Shown here in pieces: positions 53,093 to 63,441 of a DNA stretch of 64,000 nt. The stretch comes from an uncultured bacterium (GTDB lineage: Bacteria > Babelota > Babeliae > Babelales > Vermiphilaceae), in the NCBI GenBank assembly GCA_963695335.1, contig OY968764.1, positions 96,001 through 160,000 on the forward strand, given 5' to 3'. The position numbers and the translations under genes were made by a program. Numbering within the stretch: the stretch's first letter is position 1; each line of letters begins with the position of its first letter. The notes beneath the pieces are model-generated. The model was not told the DNA's origin. It ran no database searches and saw nothing but the letters and a program-made list of their open reading frames with translations.

Positions 53093-55516
53093 ATGAAAAA
53101 AATACGTATTGGCGTCCTGATGGGCGGCAAATCATTGGAAAAAGAAGTATCTTTTAACACCGGCAGAACGGTATGTGACTATATTGATACAACGCAATAT
53201 ACAACGGTTCCACTCTATCAAACAGGTTCAAAAATATATCTGTTACCGTGGCACTTTTTACATCGTGGCAAAACAACAGATTTTGAACATCGCTTACATA
53301 ACGAAGCAGAATATATTGCATGGGACGATCTTAAAAATTATGTAGATTTTATCTATATTGCTCAACATGGTCGCTATGCTGAAGATGGCACATTGCAAGG
53401 CTTTTTAAATATTCTTGGCATCCCTTATCTTGGTTCCAATGTTTTTGCAAGTGCATTGCGCACCGATAAAATTATGCACAAAACATTTTTAAATAACGCT
53501 GGCATTGCAACTCCAAAATTTGTTGCTGTTGAACCATATGAGATTGATAACTTTGAAAAATATAAAAATAATATTCTTAAGCAACTTGAAAATCTTTATC
53601 CACGCGCTCGCCCTGAACTTGTTGAAGAATTAAGCGCTCAAAGATATCCTTCGACAGGCTCAGGACGAGCGCACAAGAACAAAAATAACACACCTGATAT
53701 CAATGATCTTTTCGTTGTTAAACCATTTAACGAAGGCTCAAGCCTTGGTATTTCCATTGTTACCAAAGATAATCTAGAAAACGCACTCAAAAAAGCGTGC
53801 TACATTGAACCTGGCAAAAAAAAGCGTGTACTTATCGAAGAAAAAATTACCGGCATGGAATTCACCTGCATCATTTTAACTGATCATAAAACTGGCGAAC
53901 TTTTTGCGCTTCCTCCAACAGAAAGTGTTTCTGATGAAGAAGTTGGTTTTTTTGATTATGAACAAAAATACATGCCAGGAAGAGGTATAAAACGCACTCC
54001 AGCACGTTGCAGTGATGAAATAACAAAACATATTCAAGAAACATGCATACACGTCATGCAAACATTAGAATTTGATACAATGTGCCGCATTGATGGGTTT
54101 CTAACACATGATAACACAATTGTTATTATTGATCCCAATACACTTTCTGGGATGGCACCATCAAGTTACATTTTTAACCAAGCAGCAGAAATTAATATGA
54201 GCCCTGCGCAACTTGTTAACTATATTATTGAAACAGAACTACACCGCTATAACCTCATAACCACAGATATGAACAATACAACATCAGAAATATCATCACT
54301 CATTCAAAAAATTCGTGTTGCCATTTTACTCGGTGGTGCATCAAATGAAAAAGAAACATCACTCGATTCTGGCCGCAACGTCTTTTACAAATTATCGCCA
54401 CACAAATATGATCCTATCGCAGTTTTTGTGAGCGACGCATTAGAACTGTATATCTTGACACAATCACAACTGGTGCGTAATTCAACAAAAGAAATTATTG
54501 AACTGTTACAACCGTCACAAAAAATTAAATGGAGCGATTTATCTGCTATTGCAGACTTTGTATTTATTGGGCTCCATGGTGGTGAAGGTGAAGATGGTTC
54601 TGTGCAAGGTACATTAGAAATACTTGGCATGCCATATAACGGATCATCTGTGCTTGCGAGCGCGCTGTGTATGAATAAATATAAAGCGAATGAGCTGCTT
54701 GCTGCGCACGACTTTAATGTACCTAACAATATTTTGCTAACAAAACATCAATGGGATAATTCTTTATCTCAATCTAATTCTTACTGCGCTCGTCCTGAAC
54801 TTGTTGAAGGATATCCTCGAGCGCTCGAAAATATTTCCCCCGCTCCCCCTGAGTGCCACGATAGTGGTGTATCGAAGGGTTACGAGCGAATAAAAGAAAT
54901 CACAACAAAATTATCATATCCATTAATAGTCAAACCGCACGATGATGGCTGCAGCGTGATGGTGCAAAAAGTAACCAATGATGAAGAATTAATCGTGGCA
55001 ATAGAAAATGTATTACAAGAAAAAGATGCAGTGCTCATAGAAGAATGTATCACCGGCATGGAACTCACTGTTGGAGTTATGGGTAATCAACATCCCCGCG
55101 CATTGCCACCAAGCCAAGCAATTTCTTTAAGTGGTGTACTTTCTATAGAAGAAAAGTTTTTGCCAGGCGCTGGTGAAAATCAAACACCTGCACCACTACC
55201 ACAAAATGCATTAGAATTTGTGCAACGCACTATGGAACGTGCATTTACAACGTTGCAATGCAAAGGATATTCACGTATTGACTGTTTTTACCAAACAGCC
55301 GAGCAAAGCCCAACCAAAAAAGAACGGGTAATTATTTTAGAAAACAACTCATTGCCTGGATTAACACCTGCAACATGCTTGTTCCATCAAGCAGCTGAAA
55401 TTGGTTTAAAACCGATGGATTTTCTGGATCAAATAATTATGCTGGGATTTGAAGAACATAGACCTGCAGTCATCAATTCTTCCTTTCGCGCTCATTCTGA
55501 ACTTGTTGAAGAATAA
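53093..55516 (+). CDS. ddl: Tandem-fused D-alanine--D-alanine ligase (two Ddl modules) with in-frame repeat insertions
   Basis: Two sets of GG.S.EKE.S, HG..EDG..QG, VKP..G.S, EE.I.G.E, RID, N..(P/S)G; upstream ATG 53054 lies inside a repeat. Confidence 0.85.
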   Translation: MKKIRIGVLMGGKSLEKEVSFNTGRTVCDYIDTTQYTTVPLYQTGSKIYLLPWHFLHRGKTTDFEHRLHNEAEYIAWDDLKNYVDFIYIAQHGRYAEDGTLQGFLNILGIPYLGSNVFASALRTDKIMHKTFLNNAGIATPKFVAVEPYEIDNFEKYKNNILKQLENLYPRARPELVEELSAQRYPSTGSGRAHKNKNNTPDINDLFVVKPFNEGSSLGISIVTKDNLENALKKACYIEPGKKKRVLIEEKITGMEFTCIILTDHKTGELFALPPTESVSDEEVGFFDYEQKYMPGRGIKRTPARCSDEITKHIQETCIHVMQTLEFDTMCRIDGFLTHDNTIVIIDPNTLSGMAPSSYIFNQAAEINMSPAQLVNYIIETELHRYNLITTDMNNTTSEISSLIQKIRVAILLGGASNEKETSLDSGRNVFYKLSPHKYDPIAVFVSDALELYILTQSQLVRNSTKEIIELLQPSQKIKWSDLSAIADFVFIGLHGGEGEDGSVQGTLEILGMPYNGSSVLASALCMNKYKANELLAAHDFNVPNNILLTKHQWDNSLSQSNSYCARPELVEGYPRALENISPAPPECHDSGVSKGYERIKEITTKLSYPLIVKPHDDGCSVMVQKVTNDEELIVAIENVLQEKDAVLIEECITGMELTVGVMGNQHPRALPPSQAISLSGVLSIEEKFLPGAGENQTPAPLPQNALEFVQRTMERAFTTLQCKGYSRIDCFYQTAEQSPTKKERVIILENNSLPGLTPATCLFHQAAEIGLKPMDFLDQIIMLGFEEHRPAVINSSFRAHSELVEE
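53603..53673. repeat. Family-A doublet in frame in Ddl module 1
   Basis: Encodes RARPELVEELSAQRYPSTGSGRA. Confidence 0.9.
54785..54888. repeat. Family-A plus A' units in frame in Ddl module 2
   Basis: Encodes CARPELVEGYPRALENISPAPPECHDSGVSKGYER. Confidence 0.9.
55487..55516. repeat. Partial family-A unit forming the ddl C-terminus and stop codon
   Basis: CGCGCTCATTCTGAACTTGTTGAAGAATAA encodes RAHSELVEE*. Confidence 0.85.
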
Positions 55517-55532
55517 ATCCGCATATACGATA

Positions 55533-55574
55533 AAAAAGCAGCTACCTGTTTTAGTAACAGATCGCTGCTTTTTT
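55533..55574. terminator. Bidirectional terminator
   Basis: AAAAAAGCAGC..GCTGCTTTTTT between convergent genes. Confidence 0.65.
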
Positions 55575-55591
55575 TATTAAACTACTTTTTC

Positions 55592-56143
55592 TTATTGACC
55601 AGATACTGGTACGTTACTCAATACATATCTAATTTGTTCAAGTTCTTTTTGCTGCTTCTGCAAAGAAGTATATTTTCTATACATTCCATAAAAAGCAATT
55701 GCTGGAGCAATAGTATAAACCAATAAAGGAAGACCCCAATCAATATATTTATTTATATTTTTAGAAGGTCTTAGTAAAAAATTACCAATATCATAAGCTA
55801 AATCACCAACATGAGCATCCCTGCGAATGGTATATCCAGCCCATGTTGACGCCTCTATAACAGGATTTAATAAAGCAGCTATCCAATAAGGCCATGTTGA
55901 CGATTGATTAGTCGCTTGTATTTCCTGCGCAAGGAAAGCCTCTCTCTTCTGTAAAATGCCAGCCAATTCTTTGCTCATAAACGGACGCTTGGAAAAATCA
56001 ATATTCTCGACCTCTTCACGATACTTTTTCGCTTCTTCTGCTGTTAATCCTGTAAAATATTTAATAATATCTTTTTGAGCAGTAAATGCTACACTACTTA
56101 CGCAAACAAGCGCACTCATCAGCATTATCATCTTCTTATTCAT
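55592..56143 (-). CDS. Hypothetical exported/membrane protein
   Basis: Signal peptide; two further hydrophobic segments. Confidence 0.7.
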   Translation of the reverse strand: MNKKMIMLMSALVCVSSVAFTAQKDIIKYFTGLTAEEAKKYREEVENIDFSKRPFMSKELAGILQKREAFLAQEIQATNQSSTWPYWIAALLNPVIEASTWAGYTIRRDAHVGDLAYDIGNFLLRPSKNINKYIDWGLPLLVYTIAPAIAFYGMYRKYTSLQKQQKELEQIRYVLSNVPVSGQ

Positions 56144-56224
56144 ATAAACCCCCTTGTAAAAATCATTAATTTTATTTCTTATTGTAATAATACCATAAAA
56201 AATAAGGCCTGTACAAGAGTTATG

Positions 56225-57406
56225 TTACTCTATCTTTTTAATCAAATCCCCAGCAAATCGCCAACTTAATACATCCGCTTGCGGCCATTTTTGATTTTCT
56301 GACCCGCCATATATAACATAGCGCGGTGCTTGCGGGGTATCAGTAGTTTCCTGCCATAAACTGATTTCTTTAAAAAAATCGGTGACAACAGTTTTGCCTG
56401 CTTTAATTTCAATCGCGGTCGGATAACGTGATCCTTCAAAAACACAATCAATTTCTCGTCCAATATGATCACGCCAAAAGTACAGCGATGGTTGCTGTTC
56501 AAGATTATATTGTTGCTTGAACAAATCACTAATGATAAAAGATTCAACCAACCCACCACGTAAATAGTGATCTGACAGTTCCTCTGCAGAGCGTATCTTC
56601 AACAATGAACATGCCAATCCCGTATCCACAAAATAAAGCTTGGGGGACTTAATAAGCCGTCTTCCAAAATTTTTATAATAAGGATATAAAGAAAAGGCTA
56701 CATAGCTTGCTTCTAATAATCCAATCCACTCTTTGACTGTACTATGATTAATACCACAATCATTTCCCAAAGAACTTAAATTGATAACTTGGCCAATACG
56801 CCCTGCGCATAGTCGCATAAATTTTTGAAAAGTACCAAGGTCAGCAACCTTTTTAATTTGCCGCACATCACGTTCCACATATAAACGTATATAGTTGGCA
56901 TATAATCGCTCAATAGAAACATCTTGCGCATGTGCCTTGGGATAACACCCTTTATGCACAAGTGTTTCTATTCTTGCTGGTAATAGCTCTGCTTCTTTAA
57001 GCTCACTAATTGATAATGGTAACAACGTAAGAACCGCCATCCTTCCTGCCAATGTTTGCGTAATTGCTTCATCAACCAAAAAGTTCTGCGACCCAGTAAC
57101 AATAAAAAAACCATTCTTTTTTTCCCGATCAACAATGGTTTGCATGTAAGAAAGTAAGGATGGTGCATGCTGAATTTCATCCAAAATAATACCTGATGCT
57201 GTTGGAGACTCTGTCAAAAATTGCCTTGGATCTGATAAAGCCAAAGCAAGAACATCCTGATCTTCAAGGGATATATACGCATGATGTGGAAATAATGTTT
57301 GTGCTAGGGTTGTTTTTCCTGACTGACGAGGACCAACAATAGCAATTACTGGATATTCCATTGACGCTTCAAGCAACCGATCGGTTAAAGCTCGTTTTAT
57401 TAACAT
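56225..57406 (-). CDS. AAA_14 + DUF4143 ATP-binding protein
   Basis: GPRQSGKTT, LDEIQ, TGS, LAGR, YVERDV, KSPKLYFVDTG, EID..EIK. Confidence 0.92.
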   Translation of the reverse strand: MLIKRALTDRLLEASMEYPVIAIVGPRQSGKTTLAQTLFPHHAYISLEDQDVLALALSDPRQFLTESPTASGIILDEIQHAPSLLSYMQTIVDREKKNGFFIVTGSQNFLVDEAITQTLAGRMAVLTLLPLSISELKEAELLPARIETLVHKGCYPKAHAQDVSIERLYANYIRLYVERDVRQIKKVADLGTFQKFMRLCAGRIGQVINLSSLGNDCGINHSTVKEWIGLLEASYVAFSLYPYYKNFGRRLIKSPKLYFVDTGLACSLLKIRSAEELSDHYLRGGLVESFIISDLFKQQYNLEQQPSLYFWRDHIGREIDCVFEGSRYPTAIEIKAGKTVVTDFFKEISLWQETTDTPQAPRYVIYGGSENQKWPQADVLSWRFAGDLIKKIE

Positions 57407-57430
57407 TTTTTATCCTTTATTTTTTGGCAT

Positions 57431-57473
57431 ATTTTGTACAAATTGAGGATCAGATTCGCAATTTGTACAAAAT
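57431..57473. promoter_or_regulatory. Long inverted repeat upstream of the DUF4143 ATPase (probable operator)
   Basis: Perfect 15-bp arms ATTTTGTACAAATTG / CAATTTGTACAAAAT. Confidence 0.6.
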
Positions 57474-57557
57474 TATATCTGAAATTAACGATCCAATCAA
57501 TATCTTTAAAAAATGTGTCCGGGTTTGCTTATTTTAAACACTTTTACTTACAAATAC

Positions 57558-57573
57558 GTAACAATTTTGTTAC
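57558..57573. promoter_or_regulatory. Probable TA operator
   Basis: GTAACAA-tt-TTGTTAC palindrome upstream of the antitoxin. Confidence 0.55.
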
Positions 57574-57608
57574 AATAAAGTTACAAGGTTATAACTAAAG
57601 GAATTTTT

Positions 57609-57854
57609 ATGTCTAAAATATTAAGAGTAAGCGATGAGGCATACTCAAAGTTAGCACAAATAACTAAGAGTACTGGTTTATCAAACCAAGATGTCATCAA
57701 TAAAGCTTTAGAGAATCTCGAACGAGAAACTTTCTTAAAACAAGCAAATGAAGCCTATGCTGCTATGAAAAAAGATCCAAAACAATGGCAGGAGCATCTC
57801 GAAGAAATAGCAGTATGGGAAGCAACACTAGCAGATGGATTAGAAGATGAATAA
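57609..57854 (+). CDS. Antitoxin (RHH-like) of a MazF/PemK module
   Basis: ILRVSDEAYSKL..ANEAYAAM..WEATLADGL; overlaps the toxin start. Confidence 0.85.
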   Translation: MSKILRVSDEAYSKLAQITKSTGLSNQDVINKALENLERETFLKQANEAYAAMKKDPKQWQEHLEEIAVWEATLADGLEDE

Positions 57855-58209
57855 CCACAAACCTTCTCGAGGCGAAGTTTGGTTTGTTCATTTAGATCCT
57901 GTTGTTGGTCATGAACAGGCAAAAACGCGTCCATGTCTTGTTATATCAGATGATATTTTTAATCACGGCCCTGCCAACTTGCACATCATTGTACCCTTAA
58001 CCTCAAAAAACAAAAATAACCCTTTTCGTGTATCTTTAGAATGGCTTGAAGGCGGGTCAGATATTGAATCATTTATTCTATGCGATCAGATCCGCTCAGT
58101 ATCACGACAACGTTTTAAAAGGAATATCTTAGGTTCGGTCACTCTAAAAACTCTTGATCGAGTACAATATGCCTTAGGTATGTTATTACGCGGAAAAATT
58201 ACTCTATAA
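57847..58209 (+). CDS. MazF/PemK-family endoribonuclease toxin
   Basis: RGEVWFVHLDPVVGHEQAKTRPCLVIS..VPLTS..CDQIRSVS. Confidence 0.93.
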   Translation: MNNHKPSRGEVWFVHLDPVVGHEQAKTRPCLVISDDIFNHGPANLHIIVPLTSKNKNNPFRVSLEWLEGGSDIESFILCDQIRSVSRQRFKRNILGSVTLKTLDRVQYALGMLLRGKITL

Positions 58210-58222
58210 TGCTGTCTATTTA

Positions 58223-60766
58223 CTATTTCTGCACCCGATAATACAACAACTTAGCAATTTCAGTGGTGCCAAAATATGTTCCCACAATACAGAATATAAT
58301 CGCCATATCATGCAATGATGGTCGTACAAAAGAAAAAAGTGTGTGCCCTAACGCTGTAAACGGTAAAACTAAAACAATGCTTGTCGCAAACACACAAAGC
58401 CCTGATAACAGTAATGATGGATATGGCTTTTTTAAGAAAAAAGATTTTGTACGCAATGAAAAGATCAAAACAAATTGGAACAGTGAACTGGTGATAAACC
58501 AACTTGTTTGTAACAATTCAGGATGAGATTTAAAAAACATAAAAATTAAAAAATCAAATGGCAGACGAACAAATCCAAAAAAGAATGTTGCAAAGCCAAT
58601 CTCTTTCATTGAATACCGTAACGGCTTTCGCAACTCTTTTTCATTCACCGGATCAGTGGAAATAGAAATTAATGGAAAATCAGTAATCAGATCAAGAAAT
58701 GTTAACTGCAACGGCAACATCGGTAAATAATCAATCAACAGTGATGAAAAGATAAGTGCATAAAAAAGAGCAATATTACACGAAATAGTGATCTTTATAT
58801 ATTTGAGTGTATTGATAATGGTTTTTCTGCCTTCTTCTATCCCCAACAAAATATTGTGCAAACTTTTTTGTAGCAAAATAATTTCTGCAGCTTCACGCGC
58901 AACTCCTGCCGCTGTGTTAACTGCAATGCCAACCTGCGCACTTTTTAATGCTGGTGCATCGTTAATACCATCTCCCAAATACCCAACCGCATATTTTTCT
59001 TGGAGATACGTAATAATTTCATATTTTTGTTGCGGCGTTACGCGTGCAAAAATAGTGTGTTTATATGCTAGAGATTTTTTTTCTTTTTCCGAAAGTTTTG
59101 CAAAATCAGCACCAAGCACCACATTCTCTTTTTTATTCTCTAATCCCAACTGCTGCGCAATAGAAAAACAGACATCTGCACTGTCACCACTTAATATTTT
59201 AATCTGCACACCCAACTCTTGTGCTTTTTTGATTGCTTTTTCTGCTGTGTCTTTTAATGGATCAGCAAAAGCAATTAATCCTAAACTGTCATACGATTTT
59301 TCTTTATCTAATTCTTCTTTATTGAATTTTCCCGTTACCTGTTTGACTGCTATTGCAAGAACACGGCTTCCCTGCGTTTCATGTTCCTTAACCCATTTTG
59401 TAATAGCAGCAGTTTCATGCTGTTTGCTGCACACAGGTAAAATATATTCGATCGGGCCCTTTGTGATCAAAAGATGTGTAGCACCTTTGTGTACTAATGA
59501 AATGCTACGGTATCGTTCATACGTAAATGGAAGTTCTTCAACTATTTCATACTTTTGTAACTCTTTTTTTTGCGCATCATTCAATGCTTGTACAACAGCT
59601 AGATCAAAACCACTCAACACAGTTTTATGCGCCGGCATCACTATTGATTTCATGAGTGCTGCATACAGTAATAAATTTTTATCTTTGATATCATATACAT
59701 CTTTGACGGTTAATGCATTTTCTGTTAATGTTCCTGTTTTATCACTACAAAAAACTTCAAGCGATCCAAAATCTTCAAGTGCTGATAACCGTTTTACAAT
59801 AATTTTATGTTTATGTAAGGCCATTGCTCCCTGTGTTAAACAAAATGTAATAACCACGGGTAATGCTGAAGGAATCGCACTGATTGCAAGCGCACCTGCA
59901 AAGAGCAAAAATTGAACTAATGACATCTGCCCTGATTTAAAAAAAATATTCACTGCAAAAACTAATGCAAGACTGATACCAACAAGAACAAACACAATTT
60001 CTGCAAGTCGTGTTGTTCCTTGTGCTAAGACACTTTTAATAACTGTTTTTGTTGCTAATTGTGCAATGGATCCCATTTGTGTGTGCTGGCCTGTTGCAAA
60101 CACAACACCAATAGCATTACCATCCATGACAACTGTACCTGCATATCCTAATGTATACGCATCATAGATTGCAGTTATTTTTTTATCAGTCTGCTCATGC
60201 ATTTTTTTCACTGGCATTGATTCACCAGTCAACATAGATTCATCAACTGTGCAATTTTCTGTTGTAATAAAACGACAATCAGCAGGTATAATATCTCCTG
60301 CTTGCAGCTTTATGATATCACCAGGAACAAGCTGATTTGTTTGAATAACATCATCTTTATTATCACGATGCACAACTATATGTGATTGAAGATAAGATTT
60401 CAGCAGCTCCATGGCACGATTACTATGATATTCTTGATAAAAACCAATTGCTGTATTTGCAACCATGATGATAATCAAAATGGTGCATTCGGTATATTCT
60501 TGAGTAAAAAAATAAACTGCAGCAATGACTATGAAAATTAAAATGAATGGATTTTTTATCTGATTTTTTAAAACATCAAACCAGGTTACGGTTGTTTTTT
60601 CTAATTCATTAAGACCATATTGCGTGAGACGATTTTTGACTTCTGCTGATGTTAATCCTTTTTCAGATGACTCAAGTTTTTTAAGAATATCTTTTATGGT
60701 GCTGTTGGCAAAAAAAGAAATATCTTCATTCCATTCAGAAGCTATTTTTTTATTATGCTTTACCAT
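58223..60766 (-). CDS. P-type ATPase (MgtA/P2-P3-like), copy B with atypical M4 motif
   Basis: TGES, DKTGT, KG, GDGIND; M4 reads AIPSALP. Confidence 0.9.
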   Translation of the reverse strand: MVKHNKKIASEWNEDISFFANSTIKDILKKLESSEKGLTSAEVKNRLTQYGLNELEKTTVTWFDVLKNQIKNPFILIFIVIAAVYFFTQEYTECTILIIIMVANTAIGFYQEYHSNRAMELLKSYLQSHIVVHRDNKDDVIQTNQLVPGDIIKLQAGDIIPADCRFITTENCTVDESMLTGESMPVKKMHEQTDKKITAIYDAYTLGYAGTVVMDGNAIGVVFATGQHTQMGSIAQLATKTVIKSVLAQGTTRLAEIVFVLVGISLALVFAVNIFFKSGQMSLVQFLLFAGALAISAIPSALPVVITFCLTQGAMALHKHKIIVKRLSALEDFGSLEVFCSDKTGTLTENALTVKDVYDIKDKNLLLYAALMKSIVMPAHKTVLSGFDLAVVQALNDAQKKELQKYEIVEELPFTYERYRSISLVHKGATHLLITKGPIEYILPVCSKQHETAAITKWVKEHETQGSRVLAIAVKQVTGKFNKEELDKEKSYDSLGLIAFADPLKDTAEKAIKKAQELGVQIKILSGDSADVCFSIAQQLGLENKKENVVLGADFAKLSEKEKKSLAYKHTIFARVTPQQKYEIITYLQEKYAVGYLGDGINDAPALKSAQVGIAVNTAAGVAREAAEIILLQKSLHNILLGIEEGRKTIINTLKYIKITISCNIALFYALIFSSLLIDYLPMLPLQLTFLDLITDFPLISISTDPVNEKELRKPLRYSMKEIGFATFFFGFVRLPFDFLIFMFFKSHPELLQTSWFITSSLFQFVLIFSLRTKSFFLKKPYPSLLLSGLCVFATSIVLVLPFTALGHTLFSFVRPSLHDMAIIFCIVGTYFGTTEIAKLLYYRVQK

Positions 60767-63296
60767 ATTTTTTTCTCATGTAGTAATACGTCAACTTAAC
60801 TCCTTCAGCCACAACCAAATTAAATAGAACTACTCCAACCAACCATGGTACATGTTGCCACTCCGGTGTAGTAAATGAAAAAATTTTATTGCCAAAAGCC
60901 GTGCATGGTAAAATAATTGCAGTCAAAACAACAAACGTAGAAAGCAGTACCATTGTCATCGATGGATGATGTGCTCTGAAAAATAGTAATGGTGTGCGGA
61001 ATAAAAATATAAAAATAACTTCTGAAATAGTACTTGTTATAAACCAACTTGTTTGCAGCGTTTCAGGGAAATGTGATCTAAAAACAAAAAAAATCGTCAT
61101 ATCAGCAATGAACATAATAATACCAAACAATGTAATCAAAATAGCGGCATCAACCATATCATACGTCAGTGGCTTTTGAACCTCTTCAGGGCTCACGTTA
61201 TCAGTAGAAATTGCCATCATCGGCAAATCAGTCAGTAAATTTAAAAAAAGTAACTGCATCGGAAGCATTGGTGGATAACTCACCAATAATGATGCAACTG
61301 CAAGTGCATAAAAATGTCCAAAACTTGGAGCGTTTGTCATCTTTGTGTATTTCAAAGTATTCACAATAGTACGTCTGCCTTCCTCAATACCCAAAACAAC
61401 GCTGCGCAAACTTTTACGTAATAAAATAATTTCAGCAGCTTCGCGTGCAACAGGAGCTGCATCATTCACGGCAAAACTCACGTGTGCCATTTTAAGCGCA
61501 GGTGCATCATTAATTCCATCACCCATGTAACCAACGGAATATTTTTTCTTTAAGTGCCCAATAATTGCATATTTTTGTTCAGGATTAACGCGCGCAAACA
61601 CAGAACGGTTATTAGCAAGAAAATCTTTTTGTTCTTCTGAAGCTTTTTCAAAGTCCTCACCAAGCACAATATTTTCAACATTTTCTTCAAGTCCCAACTG
61701 CTTTGCGATGGTATAGCATACATTCTTACTATCCCCGCTCAGAATTTTTATCTGAATTCCAAGCTCTTTTGCTTTTTGTACGGTTGTTAATGCAGTTTCT
61801 TTTAGTGGATCTTGAAACCCAATTAAACCAATTGTTTCATAATCATGATCATCAGCTTCAATATCATAGGTGTCACCGTTGTATGTGGTTATATTTTTTG
61901 TTGCAATTGCAAGAATACGGTTTCCCTTGTGTTCTTCCGTTTCAATCCATGAATGAATCGTCTTTTTTTCGTCATCGCTTAAAAAAGGACATTTTTCAAT
62001 CACAATTTCAGGAGAACCTTTAAGAATAAGTGTATGTTCATTATCTTTTTGTACCAATGCCATACTTTGTCTTTTTTGCGGTGTAAAAGGAGATTCTTTA
62101 AGTAATGTGTGTTGTGCTATTTGCGCATCATGTTCATCAGTCAGTTTTTTTTGTAATGCTAAATCAAACCCTTTTGTCATACTTTCTTTGCCTGTTGTTT
62201 GCGCGGGAGAAGAGACTACTGCATACATCAATGTTGCATCAGGATTATTCCCATAAATATCCTGCACACTTAAAGCATTTTCTGTTAATGTTCCTGTTTT
62301 ATCAGTACAAAAAACTTCAACAGAACCCAAATCACCAATTGCAGATAAACGTTTTACAATAACATTGTTTTTTTTGAGTGTTGATGCGCCTTGCGATAAA
62401 CAAAATGTAATAACCATCGGCAATCCTTCTGGAATTGCCGTAATAGTAAGTGCTGCTGCAAAAAGAAAGAAATCAATAAAGCTGAATTCTCCTCCGCGCA
62501 TCACAATATGAATGAGTGCCATAATAAGCAAACTTGCAAACACCAAATAAATTGTAAGGCGTGCAATAGAAACAGAACCTTTTTCTAAGCTACTTTTGTT
62601 AACGGTTTTATTTGTTAAGGCTGCAATGGTACCCAGCGCTGTTGCAGCACCTGTTGCAATAACAACCGCTTTACCTTTGCCTTGTGTGATTGTGCTTCCC
62701 GTAAAACCAATATTCTCTGCTTTGTATGCATCAGTTGCAATATCTTGCATTGCTTCACTTTTTTTAGCAACAGCAATTGATTCTCCCGTCATACTTGATT
62801 CATCAACTGCAAGATTATCAACTTCTATAAATCTACAATCTGCAGGAATAACATCACCTGCATATAAAATAATAATATCACCAGGAACTAATTGATTGAG
62901 CGGAATATTAACTTCAGCATTATCACGCTTAACTGTTACTTGCGACATAAGACATTTTTTAAGCGCCTGCATTGCAGAATTACTGCGATATTCCTGAAAA
63001 AAACCAATACCAACATTAATAAAAACAATAATTCCAACGATTGCAGCTTCTGCTAATTGATGAGTTAATCCATATGCAAGGCCAATTACCAAAAAAACTA
63101 ACATGAACGGGCTCATGATTTGAGCTTTTAGAATCTGCCACCACGTAACATCAACTTCTTTAATTTCATTAAGACCATATTCTTGTAGACGTTGTTCTAC
63201 TGTTGACTGTGTCAACCCTGATGAAGATGAATTAAGATCTGTGAGCGCTTCTTCTACTGAAATATTGGTATAAAAAGAAAATTTTTTATTTTCCAT
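60753..63296 (-). CDS. P-type ATPase (MgtA/P2-P3-like), copy A
   Basis: TGES, AIPEGLP, DKTGT, KGSPE, GDGIND. Confidence 0.9.
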   Translation of the reverse strand: MENKKFSFYTNISVEEALTDLNSSSSGLTQSTVEQRLQEYGLNEIKEVDVTWWQILKAQIMSPFMLVFLVIGLAYGLTHQLAEAAIVGIIVFINVGIGFFQEYRSNSAMQALKKCLMSQVTVKRDNAEVNIPLNQLVPGDIIILYAGDVIPADCRFIEVDNLAVDESSMTGESIAVAKKSEAMQDIATDAYKAENIGFTGSTITQGKGKAVVIATGAATALGTIAALTNKTVNKSSLEKGSVSIARLTIYLVFASLLIMALIHIVMRGGEFSFIDFFLFAAALTITAIPEGLPMVITFCLSQGASTLKKNNVIVKRLSAIGDLGSVEVFCTDKTGTLTENALSVQDIYGNNPDATLMYAVVSSPAQTTGKESMTKGFDLALQKKLTDEHDAQIAQHTLLKESPFTPQKRQSMALVQKDNEHTLILKGSPEIVIEKCPFLSDDEKKTIHSWIETEEHKGNRILAIATKNITTYNGDTYDIEADDHDYETIGLIGFQDPLKETALTTVQKAKELGIQIKILSGDSKNVCYTIAKQLGLEENVENIVLGEDFEKASEEQKDFLANNRSVFARVNPEQKYAIIGHLKKKYSVGYMGDGINDAPALKMAHVSFAVNDAAPVAREAAEIILLRKSLRSVVLGIEEGRRTIVNTLKYTKMTNAPSFGHFYALAVASLLVSYPPMLPMQLLFLNLLTDLPMMAISTDNVSPEEVQKPLTYDMVDAAILITLFGIIMFIADMTIFFVFRSHFPETLQTSWFITSTISEVIFIFLFRTPLLFFRAHHPSMTMVLLSTFVVLTAIILPCTAFGNKIFSFTTPEWQHVPWLVGVVLFNLVVAEGVKLTYYYMRKKYGKA

Positions 63297-63441
63297 TTTA
63301 ATAAGCCCTTTGCAAGCTTTATGTAATTCCTTTTTTTTACCAATGTAAGGAATCTTACAGTCAGAATGCAATTATTTGTGCGTAGTGCTATTTTTCGTTA
63401 TAATTCATCCCAAAAAGACCAGAATTACTAAGGAGTACATA

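Noticed and set aside
58788..59915. 375-aa ORF on the + strand
   Set aside because: Antisense shadow of the P-type ATPase; the same applies to other short overlapping ORFs in the track.
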